A stretch of 64,000 bases of DNA from Acidobacteriota bacterium (GCA_016192845.1 JACPTI010000065.1:538-64537); one strand, 5' to 3'. Positions 27,801 to 38,564 are shown, numbered from the stretch's first letter. The notes: a model not told the origin generated them from the letters alone. Translations and numbers: made by a program.

Positions 27801-28275
27801 CGGTCAGCAGCGCGAGCGACGCCGCCGCGGCGGCGAGCGCCGTGCGTTTCAACGCGCGCCGGCTGATGATGGCGTCGAGGTCGAGGCGCCGCGCGCGCTC
27901 GGCGGCGTCGCTGACGACGGCCGCAGCCATCGCTTCGGCGCCCGGGCCGGGCTGGCCGACGGCCGTGACGAGGGCGTCCTCCAGCTCCGGACAGCGCTCC
28001 TCGATGAAGCGCGCGATTTGCAGGTCGCGCGGCGCGCGGCGTACCGGCGCCATCGCGCGGAACAGCACGCCAAGCACCAGGAGACCGGCGGTGGCCCACA
28101 ACGCCACCAGCGCCTCCTCCTCGGGCCGGACCAACCGGTGCGTGAACAGGGCAAGCGCGAGCACGGCGGCCGCCATGGCCGACCCGGTCGCCCAGGCGCG
28201 CAGTGCGGTGATCGCCCGCCATCGGTTTCGCACCCGGGCGACCAGCGCCGACAGCTCCAGGTGGCGCTCGCCCAT
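24802..28275 (-). CDS. large two-TM protein with long Q/R/E/A-rich coiled-coil-like region (DUF4175-like)
   Basis: ORF 24802..28344 trimmed to ATG 28275, which overlaps the upstream TGA at 28275-28277. N-terminal TMs: ATGSAMAAAVLALALF and LWATAGLLVLGVLF. Several hundred residues of QQ/RR/EE/A low complexity. Confidence 0.75.
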   Translation of the reverse strand: MGERHLELSALVARVRNRWRAITALRAWATGSAMAAAVLALALFTHRLVRPEEEALVALWATAGLLVLGVLFRAMAPVRRAPRDLQIARFIEERCPELEDALVTAVGQPGPGAEAMAAAVVSDAAERARRLDLDAIISRRALKRTALAAAAASLALLTGVGFSAGPAGAAARTAGVYLFPERLALEVSPGDARVRAGESLRVTARTSAGASIVPVLRVRDGEAWRDRRMDAAPEGFAVTIEAIGDDFQYLVAAAGTSTRAYAVTVLRPPRVERIDLRYEYPSGFGMAPRSEKDGGDIYGPAGTRVQITVHTDKPVRSAALNLTGGQPIPLAGRGGAMVGELTIAEDGSYRVALADTDGLTNPGETEYFIRTLQDRPPDVRIVRPASDRQVTSVEEVSIEASADDDFGVAALDLVYAVRGGPEKVVPFDRRGSGTAVTGSRTLYLEDLTVRPGDFVTYYARARDVSRGKHSSEARSDIFFLEVTPFEEEFVAAESQGMGAGSGDEQSLEELIQGQKDIITATWNLDRRGRESGARSPDDIRTVARAQSDLRGRTSALHAQMQRAGNLRRRLPSGRGSANPDAMVEAIGRAVQAMGSAHEQLQALRTTDALPHEMTALNELLRAQAEIRQRQVQQQASGTGGRGSNRQQQDLSSLFDRELAKQQQTNYETPASRESRNEENNQDEVADRIQELARRQDALNRSQQELARKRETASQEEIRRELERLTREQTELRRQAEELARELQQGQQQGRQQGPQRAQQSSGGRGAGGSPSDRQQASRELQQAAEDMQGAASELRRDNPQQASARGSRAAERLRDVEQRMRGSQPDDRRRALGELQLESQQLADAQRRLGQDAAGGREGGDRADRARRRAAEQERLAERAERLDRSVRQLADGGSDTNALQQNALDEAVKELDRSRTVQRMRDAARAERQVAEGRGQESGARGQEPQARRPGPSGPGEPLTPRESEGIARGLERLADRLAAAGAESGESDQASEELSRLRQLREELARLDRQLGEMRDRAGDQNAGQSARGRGGRQGGQGAEGGRGGQNIDATGGWQDARELLNELHEFGVVPDVEGFNPGRSAPGTEPWKQDFAKWDELKVQLAAALERLERTAADRVREQQSRDRLNAGRSQAVPEQYRRLVERYYRALAAGEKR

Positions 28276-30233
28276 CACCCGAGCCTCCTGCCCAGCAGGC
28301 CCTCGGCCGCCAGACTGACCACGAGCAGCAGCAGACCGTACCACCAGAGCCCCTGGGCATCTTCATCGCGGCGCGCTTCGGTCTGCGCTGCCCGAGCGGC
28401 GCTTGCCTGCAGCCGCGAGATGCCCGCCTGGAACGCCTCCACCGGCATCCGCCGCGGATCCGACTCGCGCGGGTCGGTGTTTACCGCGACGCGCCGGCTA
28501 CGCGGCTGGTTCTGCGCCAGCTGCACGACGCCCGGCGCAGTTCCGGCGGCGCCCGGCAGCTCCCCGACCAGGTACTCGGACCGCGTGGTGTGCGGTGCGG
28601 CGAGGTAGCGGATCGTTTCGTGCACGAACGGCACGAACGCCGGCTGCAGCGGAAAGTCGTTCCACCGGTGATTGAGATCCGATCCGAACACGAGCACGCG
28701 GCCGGCATCCGTTCGCTCCTCGACGAGCGCCGGCGTGCCGTCGGTATAGCGGGCCAGGATCCCGGCGCCCTCGGGCGCCTCGACGAGTGCCGCGCGCGTG
28801 AATCTGACGTGGCCGAGCGTCCCGACGCCGCCGAACGGACGGAAGACCGGGTGGCGGCCGTCGGCCGGCGCGAAACTCAACGCCGCCTCCCGCACGCGCC
28901 ACGAGGTCGACACGATCCCGGCGAGCGCCTGCGTGAAGATCGCGGGATCGACGTCGGGGCCGGCCGTGACCAGCAGCCCGCCGCCGGACCGCACGAAGCG
29001 CGCCAGCCGCTCGCGCCCGCGCTCGTCGAGCCCCTGCGTCCCGGCGACGACAAGCACGTCGACGTCGCCGAGCGCCTCGGGGCCGAACGCGGAGAAAGAC
29101 GAGGCGCGGATGGCGCGAAACCGGAACCCCCCGGCGCCCTCGGAGACGGCCAGGGCGCGCTCGAGATAGAGCGCCTCGGACGGATGGCCTGACGCGGTCA
29201 GCGCCAGCACCGCGACGGCGCTCCCGCCGTCGAGCACCGCATAGCGCGCGTTGTCCGCGAGGAAGCCGTCGCGGTCGCTGATCGAGGCGACGAGCGCGCC
29301 GCCAGACGGGCCGTCGAGCGCGAGTCGCGCTTCGGCGCTGCCGCCCGGCGCGAGCGTCACCGGCACCGCGCCCAGTCGGCGCTGCTGCACCCCAACGCGC
29401 AAAGTCCGCGCGACGCCCACCCCATCGCGCTGGCGCGATGGGGACCCCGGGTGGGGGACCCCGCGCTGCTCCGCCTGGAACACCACCTGGTCGGCCGCGG
29501 GACGCGAGGAGAAATTCTGCACGACCGCAATGGCCTCGCCCGCTTCGACGCGAAGCGATGTGATCGCGAGGTTTGCGTCAGGACCGTCGACCTCCTCCAC
29601 GCCCACCGCGACGCCCTCGGGGATCGCCGCTTCGGTAGCCGCATCCCATCCGCTCTCCTGCAGATCCGTCACGACGACGATCCGGCCGCCGCGACCGGCC
29701 AACTCTTCCCCGGCGCGCTGCAGCGCCGCGCGGTATCGGGTGGCGCCCGCACCCGGCGTGAGCTGCGCAATGGCGGCCAGCGCGCCCGCGCGGTCGGCGA
29801 AGAGCGGGGCGATGACGTCGGCGGCCTGCGCGAAGGCGAGCACGGCCACCTCGTGCGTGGCGGGCGCGGAGCGAACGACCTCGGCGGCTCGCTCGCGCGC
29901 CCGCTCGAACTGCCCCGCCGCGGAGAGGCTGGCGGAGGTGTCGATGAGCACGACGGTGGCGGCCCCGGACGAAGCGGCAGCGCCAGCGAGGTAGGGGCGC
30001 GCGAAGGCGCACGCCAGCAGCACGAGCGCCGTCACCCGAAGCGCCAGCAGGAGCAGCTCGCGCAGGCGGCGCCGCCGCGACTCCTCCACGGGCGCCTGCC
30101 GGAGGTACCGCATCGCCGCGAACTCGATCACCGGCTCCGCGCGGCGGTAGAAGAGATGGATGGCGATGGGAATCGCCGCCGCGGCGGCGCCAATCAGGAA
30201 GAGCGGCGAGAGAAACGACACCCCGAACATCAC
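28275..30233 (-). CDS. BatA-type N-terminal double-TM domain + vWA domain protein
   Basis: MMFGVSFLSPLFLIGAAAAAIPIAIHLFYRR..., RELLLLALRVTALVLLACAFARP, VVLIDTSASL (MIDAS DxSxS). Confidence 0.8.
   Translation of the reverse strand: MMFGVSFLSPLFLIGAAAAAIPIAIHLFYRRAEPVIEFAAMRYLRQAPVEESRRRRLRELLLLALRVTALVLLACAFARPYLAGAAASSGAATVVLIDTSASLSAAGQFERARERAAEVVRSAPATHEVAVLAFAQAADVIAPLFADRAGALAAIAQLTPGAGATRYRAALQRAGEELAGRGGRIVVVTDLQESGWDAATEAAIPEGVAVGVEEVDGPDANLAITSLRVEAGEAIAVVQNFSSRPAADQVVFQAEQRGVPHPGSPSRQRDGVGVARTLRVGVQQRRLGAVPVTLAPGGSAEARLALDGPSGGALVASISDRDGFLADNARYAVLDGGSAVAVLALTASGHPSEALYLERALAVSEGAGGFRFRAIRASSFSAFGPEALGDVDVLVVAGTQGLDERGRERLARFVRSGGGLLVTAGPDVDPAIFTQALAGIVSTSWRVREAALSFAPADGRHPVFRPFGGVGTLGHVRFTRAALVEAPEGAGILARYTDGTPALVEERTDAGRVLVFGSDLNHRWNDFPLQPAFVPFVHETIRYLAAPHTTRSEYLVGELPGAAGTAPGVVQLAQNQPRSRRVAVNTDPRESDPRRMPVEAFQAGISRLQASAARAAQTEARRDEDAQGLWWYGLLLLVVSLAAEGLLGRRLG
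29388..29463. repeat. REP-like family A composite copy, in frame in the BatA/vWA CDS
   Basis: CACCCCAACGCGC..., then the hairpin CCCCATCGCG-CTGG-CGCGATGGGG (29420-29443), followed by GGGGACCCCG twice (29440-29449, 29454-29463). Translated as EQRGVPHPGSPSRQRDGVGVARTLRVGV. Confidence 0.7.
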
Positions 30234-31140
30234 GACCTCTTCACGCGCGTCGACAGGTACGCCATCAACGCGAACTCGAGCGGCGTCGACGTGTCGATCA
30301 GCTGGTAGTCGATGCCGGCCGACCCGAGCTCCCGCCTGTAGCCGTCGATGGCGCCCTCGAGCGCGCGCAGATACTCCTCGCGCACGATCGACGGCACCGC
30401 CATGAGCTCGTCGCCGAGCTCGACGTCGCGGAACCGCGCAGCGCGCTCGAACGGGAACGTCCGCTCGGCGGGATCGAGCAGGTGGAACACGATCACGTCG
30501 CTCCCGCGGAACCGGAAGTGCCGAAGCCCCTCGACCACCTGCGCCGGATCGTCGAGCAGATCGGAAACCAGGATCACGATGCCCCGCTTGCCGATCGCGT
30601 CGGCCATCAGGTGCAGCGGCTTCGAGACGTCGGTCTTCCGGCCGAGCGTGATCCGATCGAGCGTCACCAGAATGGACCGCAGGTGGCTCGGACGCGCGCT
30701 CGGCGGCAGCATCGTCACGATCGCTTCGTCGAAGGTGGTGAGCGCCACCGCGTCGCGCTGCCGGTTCATCAGATACGCGAGCGACGCCGCCAGCATCGAC
30801 CCGTAGCGGAGCTTGGTGACGCCGCGCGACCCGTATCCCATCGATGTGCTGATGTCCAGCAGCAGATGACAGTCGACGTTGGTCTCTTCCTCGAACTTCT
30901 TGACGTAGTACCGGTCGCTGCGCGCGTAGACCTTCCAGTCGATGGTCGACAGGTCGTCGCCGGGCAGGTACTGGCGGTACTCGGCGAACTCGACGCTGAA
31001 CCCCTTGAAGGGGCTGCGATGGAGGCCGGCGAGGAACCCTTCGACGACCGTCCGGGCCTTCAGCTCCAGGGTGCCAAGGCGGGCGAGAATCGCCGGGTCC
31101 AGGAACCGCAGTTCGGCGCCGCGCCTCGGAGCCTCCGAAG

Positions 31141-31144
<4 letters not shown>
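30230..31144 (-). CDS. DUF58 domain protein (vWA-like, MoxR partner)
   Basis: ORF 30230..31375 trimmed to ATG 31144 (ATGA overlap with the MoxR stop). HRSPFKGFSVEFAEYRQYLPGDDLSTIDWKVYARSDRYYVKKFEEE is the family signature. Confidence 0.85.
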
Positions 31145-32151
<1,007 letters not shown>

Positions 32152-32152
32152 C

Positions 32153-32980
32153 CTAATGCGTCAGGCTGTAGATAATTTCGTTGATGAACATGCGATAGGC
32201 CTCGGCGGTGTACTTGATGTAGCCGGGGTACTCCTCCGCATTCGACCACTCGACGCCGTCGCCCATGTCCGTGTTCCAGTTCGCGAGCACCATCGGCCGC
32301 CCGCGGTCGTCCAGAATGGCGCGCAGGCGCGCGACGAACCCACCCTTCTCCCAGGTCCGGCCTGCAAAGAACGACCCAAGTCCGGCCACCTGCGGATAGG
32401 CGTTGATCGTGTAGAAAGACGAAAAGACCGGATGGGGCGGCTCCAGGTCGACGATCTCGCGGTCGGGGAACACCCGCCGCATCTCTTTCGCGAAGTTGTC
32501 CCACTCATACGGGCCGTGAAAATCGTCGAAAGTGGCCGTGCCGCCCCGGAACAGGAATTCGCGAAGGATCGGGACCTCCTCCTCCTTGAGGCGCAGGTTC
32601 CCCGGCTCGACGAAATAGATCCAGGCGTAGTCCCAGAGCTTCGGGTCCTCGAGCGTGAGCACGATCGGATCGTTCACCTCGATCACCGTCGCGGTCCGCA
32701 GACGGCGTGAGAGGTTCTGCTCGGCGGCGGGCGCGTCGATCGCCCAGGGCTCGCCCCAGTAGTCAAGGCGGTACCGGTTGTCGACGGTAAAGGCGGTGTA
32801 GCGAATGCGCACGAAGGTCCACTGCAGCCCGGCAAAGCGCTGATCCTGCAACTGCGGCACTTGCGCGATCGCCTGGGCGAGCCGCAGCGGCTCGAGCAGC
32901 AGCAGCCCGGCCAGCACCGCGCTCACGTGCAGAGCGGATGCCGCAACGCGGACCCGCCACCCGCGCGCAGCCCGCGTCAC
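32153..32980 (-). CDS. DUF4159 domain protein
   Basis: C-terminal part of ORF 32153..34060: FTFVRIRY...DYWGEPWAIDAPAAEQNL...YAWIYFVEPG...FLFRGGTATFDDFHG...VLANWNTDMGDGVEW. Start proposed at GTG 32980 (GTGA overlap with the upstream stop); start uncertain. Confidence 0.7.
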   Translation of the reverse strand: MTRAARGWRVRVAASALHVSAVLAGLLLLEPLRLAQAIAQVPQLQDQRFAGLQWTFVRIRYTAFTVDNRYRLDYWGEPWAIDAPAAEQNLSRRLRTATVIEVNDPIVLTLEDPKLWDYAWIYFVEPGNLRLKEEEVPILREFLFRGGTATFDDFHGPYEWDNFAKEMRRVFPDREIVDLEPPHPVFSSFYTINAYPQVAGLGSFFAGRTWEKGGFVARLRAILDDRGRPMVLANWNTDMGDGVEWSNAEEYPGYIKYTAEAYRMFINEIIYSLTH

Positions 32981-35532
32981 CGCGCACCTCCCGCGGCCGC
33001 CGGCTGCTCGCCGATGATCTTCAGGAGCAGATCCTGCGCGCGCTCGAAGGCCGGCGCGATCTCGAGCGCCGCGAGCGCCTCGCGCTTCGCGTCGCCGAAC
33101 TGCCCGGCCAGCAGATACGCCTCGGCAAGATCGGTGTGGGCGACCGCCTTGTCCGATGGTCCGGCCGCAAGCGCCGCCCGCAGCGCGCGGACCGCCCGCA
33201 CCGCGTCCTTCCGCTGCAGCGCGTGGCGGCCGGCGATCGACTGCGCCTGCACGTCGAACGGATCGAGCTCGGCGACGCGCTCGTACGCCGCCGCCGTGCG
33301 GGCCGCGTCGCCGAGCGGCGCGATGAGCGCCGCCAGCCGCCGCGCCGCCTCGACGTCGTTCGAATCGACCTTCACGACCGCCTCGAGCGCCGCAATCGCG
33401 CGCGTGGTGTCGCCCTGTTTGGTGGCGATCGCGGCAATCAGCGCGTTGGGATTGGCGTCGCCGCCGGCGCCCGGCAGGAGCCTGGACGCACGCTCGAGCA
33501 CTTGGATGGCGGCGGGCAGGTCGCCCGCCTCGTACAGCGCCTGGCCGAGCGCCATCTGCACGCCGAAGCTGCCGGGATTGTCGGCCGCGAGCGCCTTCAG
33601 TCGATCGACGCCGGCCTTCGGCGGGATCTGCGGCGACTTCAACGCACGCCGCACGTCGGCGTACCGCCGCTCCAGCCACGCATCGAAGGTCTTTTGCACC
33701 TCGTCGAGCGTCGTAGTGAACGCCTCCTTGAACGCGGCATCGGTCTCGAGCCCCTTGCCGTACGCGCGCAGCAGACGCCAGAACGCCTGTTCGCCGTGGG
33801 TCTCGAGGAGATGCTCCACGACGAGCGACGACTGGTGGTACACGAGCGAGATCATGCGCGGGTCGCTGAAGCCCTCCTGAATGTCGCGCAGCTTCAGGAG
33901 CTTGCCGGTCTCGAGCGCCTGCGCGAAGGGGACCTCCATCTCCCGGCCCCAGTCCGGCCGCGCCTGGCGTTCCTCGTAGACCGACATGCCCTCGGAGAGC
34001 CACCGCGGCACGCGGTTGTTCGACATCTGCAGGCTGATGACGTGCGCCATCTCGTGCCACAGCGTCGCCGCCCAGCTGAACTCGCCGGGCTGCCGCGCGC
34101 GCGGCGAGTCGAGCGTGACGACGCGGCCGAAGCAGGCGCCGAGCGCGCCGATGAAGCCGGGCAGCCCGATCGTGCGGACCGCGAAATCGTCGTGCTTCGG
34201 GAACATCTCGACGAGGATCGGCCCCGCCGGCTTGAACTGGTAGCGCTTGGAGAGCGTCTCGAGCGCCCGGCGCGCGAGCGGCACGACGTGCTCGCGCATC
34301 ACGCCCGCCTCCTCCGGGTGCAGCCGCACGGTGAGATCGCCGTCACGAATCGTCTCGAACTTGTCCACCGTATCGAGCATCGCGAGCTGGTTGTAGACGA
34401 CGACGTCGTACGGGTCGGCCTTGAAGGCCGTCTCGAGCGCCTGCCGCGCGTCCTTTTCGTCGCCCGTGCGCAGCAGATGGCCGCCAAGGTCCGCATAGGC
34501 CTTCGTGTTCGCCTTGTCGACGGCGAGCGCGCGGCGCGTCAGGTCGACCGCCTCGTCGAAGCGGTAGTTGCGCGCCGCGTGATCGCCGGCGACCCGATAC
34601 ACGTCGCCATAGGCCGGATTCAGCTTGAGCACGCCGTCGACGAGCGACTGGAACTCGGCGGTCCGCCCCTCGAGGAACGCAATCGCCGCCTCGAGCGACC
34701 GCGCCTCGAGGCCGTTGGGATTGACCTCGAGCGCCTTCTGAATCGAGGCGCGCGCCTCGGCGCGCTCGCGGTTGTCGAGCGCGATCTCGGCGATGAGCAG
34801 ATGGGCGGGGACGTAGTTCGGGTTGACCTTGAGCGCCGCCTCGACGGCCGATCGCGCCGCCGGCGGGTTCTCCTCGATCGTGGCGCGGGCCAGGCCGATG
34901 TGGGCGGGCACGTAGTCGCCAGCGGCCTTGAGCGCCGCCTGATACGACTTCAGCGCGTCGGCGCGGTTGTACTTCTCGAGGAAGAGGTCGCCCCACGCGG
35001 TGTTGATGACCGGATCGTCGGGCGCCCGCGAGCTGGCGGCGCGGAAGAAGCTGTTGGCGTCCTGGAAGCGCCCGAGCGCGCGGGCGGCAAGGCCGAGGCG
35101 TATCAGGTCGGCGGGGGTGTCTTCGGGGCCCCGCGTCAGCACCAGCTGGAGCGTGCGGGAGCCGTCGGCCCGACGGCCGAGGTAGAGCTGCAGCTGCCCG
35201 AGCTCCAGCGCGGCGTCGCCGGCGGGGTTGGCCGCCGCGCGGCCCGTCAGCAGCTTTTCGGCCTCGGCGTACCGGCCGCGCGCGATATGCGCCCGCGCGC
35301 GCAGCACGATCGACCGCTCGTCGGTGGCCGCCGACAGCAGCTTCTCGACCTCGTCGTACTGCCCGGCGTTGAGCGCGCGGGTGGCGAGCCCCGCCGGCGA
35401 GGTATCTGCGGCCGGCGTCTGCCCGGACGAGGAGGCACTGACGGCAACGAGCAGCGCCATGCAGACGGCGACCAACCGCTGCCACGGCAGCAGCACAGCC
35501 GGCGGAGTCCGCCCGTCGCGCACGTGTGTCAT
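32977..35532 (-). CDS. secreted TPR-repeat protein with embedded HExxH (MA-clan) peptidase-like module
   Basis: 851 aa with a signal/anchor (LVAVCMALLVAVSASSS). Multiple TPR-like repeats on both sides of ATLWHEMAHVISLQ...WLSEGMSVYEE. Confidence 0.8.
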   Translation of the reverse strand: MTHVRDGRTPPAVLLPWQRLVAVCMALLVAVSASSSGQTPAADTSPAGLATRALNAGQYDEVEKLLSAATDERSIVLRARAHIARGRYAEAEKLLTGRAAANPAGDAALELGQLQLYLGRRADGSRTLQLVLTRGPEDTPADLIRLGLAARALGRFQDANSFFRAASSRAPDDPVINTAWGDLFLEKYNRADALKSYQAALKAAGDYVPAHIGLARATIEENPPAARSAVEAALKVNPNYVPAHLLIAEIALDNRERAEARASIQKALEVNPNGLEARSLEAAIAFLEGRTAEFQSLVDGVLKLNPAYGDVYRVAGDHAARNYRFDEAVDLTRRALAVDKANTKAYADLGGHLLRTGDEKDARQALETAFKADPYDVVVYNQLAMLDTVDKFETIRDGDLTVRLHPEEAGVMREHVVPLARRALETLSKRYQFKPAGPILVEMFPKHDDFAVRTIGLPGFIGALGACFGRVVTLDSPRARQPGEFSWAATLWHEMAHVISLQMSNNRVPRWLSEGMSVYEERQARPDWGREMEVPFAQALETGKLLKLRDIQEGFSDPRMISLVYHQSSLVVEHLLETHGEQAFWRLLRAYGKGLETDAAFKEAFTTTLDEVQKTFDAWLERRYADVRRALKSPQIPPKAGVDRLKALAADNPGSFGVQMALGQALYEAGDLPAAIQVLERASRLLPGAGGDANPNALIAAIATKQGDTTRAIAALEAVVKVDSNDVEAARRLAALIAPLGDAARTAAAYERVAELDPFDVQAQSIAGRHALQRKDAVRAVRALRAALAAGPSDKAVAHTDLAEAYLLAGQFGDAKREALAALEIAPAFERAQDLLLKIIGEQPAAAGGAR

Positions 35533-35588
35533 TTCACGTCTCAGTGTTTGACGTTGTGTCGTAAGTATAGTTCACGTTCCGGCACGGC

Positions 35589-36122
35589 TCAGGTGCAAGG
35601 GGGATGCCGCAACGCCCCGTCTTCGACCCGGATTCGCGCGCGCAGGAGCAGGCTGAACAGCACGATCGTCGCGGGGCCGGCCACGCGCGCGCCGACGAGC
35701 AGCGCCATACCGAGCAGCTCGCCCACGACGGCGATGTAATTCGGGTGCCGCACGAGCGCGTACGGGCCGTGCGTGACGAGCGGCGCACCCGGCAGCACCA
35801 GCACGCGGTACGTCCAGCGCGGCCCGAGCACCGCGATCGCCCAGAGCTTCAGCAGCTTCGACGCGCCGAGCACCACGACACCCGCGACGGTCGTGCGCCC
35901 CGGATCGGGCCCGAAGAGCGCGCCCTCCAGTGCCATCACCACGAACGCCCCGGGGTACGCCCACCGCATCGTCCTGTAGACGTCGCCCGACGGCTCGAGT
36001 GCACCCTGTGCGCGCAGCCGCGCCTCGTGGCGGCGCGACACGCCCAGCTCCGCGCCCATCAGCAGGAGGACGGCAAGGAGCGATGTGGATGCGACGAGGA
36101 GCGGAGCCGGCATGCGCGTCAC
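35589..36122 (-). CDS. isoprenylcysteine carboxyl methyltransferase (ICMT/PEMT) family membrane methyltransferase
   Basis: THGPYALVRHPNYIAVVGELLGMALL motif, 4-5 TM. GTGA overlap with the upstream stop (alternative ATG at 36113). Confidence 0.75.
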   Translation of the reverse strand: MTRMPAPLLVASTSLLAVLLLMGAELGVSRRHEARLRAQGALEPSGDVYRTMRWAYPGAFVVMALEGALFGPDPGRTTVAGVVVLGASKLLKLWAIAVLGPRWTYRVLVLPGAPLVTHGPYALVRHPNYIAVVGELLGMALLVGARVAGPATIVLFSLLLRARIRVEDGALRHPPCT

Positions 36123-37255
36123 GGATTATGCGCGAGGTGTACGTCGCCCGCGGCGCGGATCAGGACGCGAAAGGGAGCCGGCCAGCGCGTGGCAAGTGCC
36201 GCCGCGACCTGCACACCGCGGGGTGAGGCGACGAGTGACCGCAGCGCGCGGTTGAGCCGCCGCTTGGCGCGGAACTCCCGTCGACACGCGCTCTGCAGCT
36301 CCAGGTGCGCGGCGCGACCCGTCGCCAGCTCGACGAGCGCGGCTTCCGCCGCCAGCTCGCCGCCCCGGAGGGCGAAGCGCACGCCGTCGCCGGTGATCGG
36401 ATCAATAAATCCGGCGGCGTCGCCGGCAAGCAGGAGTCCCCCGCATCCGGCAGCCGTGGCGTCGACGGCCAGCGGGCCGAGCGCGACGATCGGCGACACA
36501 CGGCGGGCGCGCCGGAAACGATCGCGCAAGACCGGGTCGGCGCCGCTGGCGGCCGCCACGATGGCCGCGCAGGCGTCCCTGTGCCCGCGAAAGGCGTGCC
36601 GCACGACACAGACGTTCGACAGGCCCTCGCCAAGGGGGGCGATGCCGACGTATCCGTCGATACGGACATGCATCTCGCCGTGCGCCGTGAGGCCGTCGAT
36701 ATCGGTGAAGTACGCGCCGAACGCCCACCGCTTCGGCCACCGGGCAAAGCGCGTCAGTCCGAGCGCCGCGCCCAGCCGCGACCCGCGCCCGTCGGCGGCG
36801 ATGACGAGCCGCGCGCGCAACTCGGACTGACCTGCGGCCGAGCGGATGCGCACGCCGGCCACGCGGCTCTCGGCGTCCGTCACCGGCGCAAGGGCGCGGA
36901 CGCCGGGCGTGAAGTCGGCGCCGGCGTCGACGGCGGCGTCGAGCAGCAGGAGATCGAGCACGCGACGCTCGATGGCCGCGCCGACGCGACCGTCCGGGTA
37001 ATCGGCGGCGACTGCGGCGCCGCCGGGACCCGTGACGCGCATGCCCGCAATCGGCCGGGACCGCCCGCGCACCGCGGCACCGACGCCGAGGCGGTCGATG
37101 ATCGCGAGCGCGCCAGGATTGATCGTGTCGCCGCAGAGCTTCGCGCGCGGAAACCACGCGCGATCGACGAGCCGGACGCGCGCGCCGGCCCGCGCCAGCG
37201 CGAGCGCGGCCACGCTGCCGGCCGGACCCGCGCCGACGACGAGCACATCAATCAA
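36119..37255 (-). CDS. FAD-dependent oxidoreductase, geranylgeranyl-reductase family
   Basis: IDVLVVGAGPAGSVAALALARAGARVRLVDR dinucleotide-binding fold, LCGDTINPG, GDAAGFIDPITGDG. TTG start at 37255. Confidence 0.8.
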   Translation of the reverse strand: MIDVLVVGAGPAGSVAALALARAGARVRLVDRAWFPRAKLCGDTINPGALAIIDRLGVGAAVRGRSRPIAGMRVTGPGGAAVAADYPDGRVGAAIERRVLDLLLLDAAVDAGADFTPGVRALAPVTDAESRVAGVRIRSAAGQSELRARLVIAADGRGSRLGAALGLTRFARWPKRWAFGAYFTDIDGLTAHGEMHVRIDGYVGIAPLGEGLSNVCVVRHAFRGHRDACAAIVAAASGADPVLRDRFRRARRVSPIVALGPLAVDATAAGCGGLLLAGDAAGFIDPITGDGVRFALRGGELAAEAALVELATGRAAHLELQSACRREFRAKRRLNRALRSLVASPRGVQVAAALATRWPAPFRVLIRAAGDVHLAHNP

Positions 37256-37262
37256 TGCAGCC

Positions 37263-38546
37263 TCAGATAACCCGCCCCAGTACCAACACGCTGTTCTTCG
37301 ATCCGAAGCCGAGGCAGTTGCACAGCGCCGCCTCGACGTCGGCCCGCCGCGCCTCGTTCGGAATGAAATCCATGTCGCATGCCGGATCCTGGTCGTCCAG
37401 GTTGATGGTCGGCGGCAGCATGCCCCGGCTGAGCGCCAGCGCGGTGGTCACGACGCCCGCCGCGCCGCTGGCACCCTGCGGGTGCCCGATCATCGATTTG
37501 GTCGAGGAACCGGGAACCCGGTCCGCCAGCGCGCCGAACACGCGCCGCACGCAGCGCGATTCGACGACGTCGTTCAGCTGCGTCGAGGTGCCGTGGTAGT
37601 TGATGTAGCCGATTTCTTCCGTGCGGCGGTGCGCCTTGGCGAGCGCGGTCTCGATGCAGCGGACGATCTCCCCGCCATCCGGGTCCATCTGCACCCGGTG
37701 GTACGCGTCGCACGTCGACGTATACCCTTCGACGCGCGCGTACCGGCGGGCGCCGCGCGCCACAGCGCGGTCCTCGCGCTCGAGGACGACCATCCAGGCG
37801 CCCTCGCCGAGGACGAAGCCGTCGCGCCCGCGATCGAAGGGGCGCGACGCCTCGGCCGGCCGGTCGTTGTAGTGCGTGGAGACGACGCGCATGCGGGAGA
37901 AGCCGAAGATCATGCCGGGCAGCACGCACCCTTCGGCGCCGCCGGAGAGCAGCACGTCGTACTCGCCGGACCGGATGAGGGACGCGGCGTAGCCGATCGC
38001 ATCCGTCGAGCTGGTGCAGCCGCACGACAGCACGTGGCTGAGGCCGCGCAACCGCAGCGCGATCGAGATCTCGCTCGACACCATCCCGCAGATGCCGATG
38101 GCGATCGCGTACGGCGTGACGTGACGGCCGCCGCTCGTGAAGAAATCCTCGTACTGCCTCTCGCCGACGTCGATCCCGCCGCCGCCGCTGCCGATGATGA
38201 CGCCGGCGTTCGGCTCGCCCGCCGCCAGGCCGGCGTCGCGCCACGCCTCGCGCGCCGCGATCACGCCGAACAGCGCCGCCCGGGAGTAGCGTTTCGGGTC
38301 GGCGCGGCCGTCGCCGTTCTCGCCGTCGAGCGCCGGCGCCTCGTCTATCGACACGGGTGGCACCCATGCGGCGACGCGGCAGGGGTACGACGACACGTCG
38401 AATTGTGTGATGGCTTTCGAGCCGCTGCGGCCGCGGCTGACGTAATCCCAGTACCGCTCGCGGCCGACGCCGAACGGCGAGACCACGCCCATGCCGGTGA
38501 TGACGACATTCGGGAGCCCGTTGGCTGGCATAGGCGGCCTCTCCAC
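37263..38546 (-). CDS. beta-ketoacyl-ACP synthase I/II-type condensing enzyme (FabF-like), outside any fab operon
   Basis: VVITGMGVVSPFG, active-site Cys in SCGCTSSTDA, His in YHGTSTQLND and MIGHPQGASGAAG. The start may be the second ATG at 38531. Confidence 0.85.
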   Translation of the reverse strand: MERPPMPANGLPNVVITGMGVVSPFGVGRERYWDYVSRGRSGSKAITQFDVSSYPCRVAAWVPPVSIDEAPALDGENGDGRADPKRYSRAALFGVIAAREAWRDAGLAAGEPNAGVIIGSGGGGIDVGERQYEDFFTSGGRHVTPYAIAIGICGMVSSEISIALRLRGLSHVLSCGCTSSTDAIGYAASLIRSGEYDVLLSGGAEGCVLPGMIFGFSRMRVVSTHYNDRPAEASRPFDRGRDGFVLGEGAWMVVLEREDRAVARGARRYARVEGYTSTCDAYHRVQMDPDGGEIVRCIETALAKAHRRTEEIGYINYHGTSTQLNDVVESRCVRRVFGALADRVPGSSTKSMIGHPQGASGAAGVVTTALALSRGMLPPTINLDDQDPACDMDFIPNEARRADVEAALCNCLGFGSKNSVLVLGRVI

Positions 38547-38564
38547 TGACTATATTATTGGCCC

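Noticed and set aside
32938-35739. 933-aa plus-strand ORF opposite the TPR/HExxH protein.
   Set aside because: It has an antisense, low-complexity R/E/A/L composition. The minus-strand protein has clear TPR repeats and a zinc motif.
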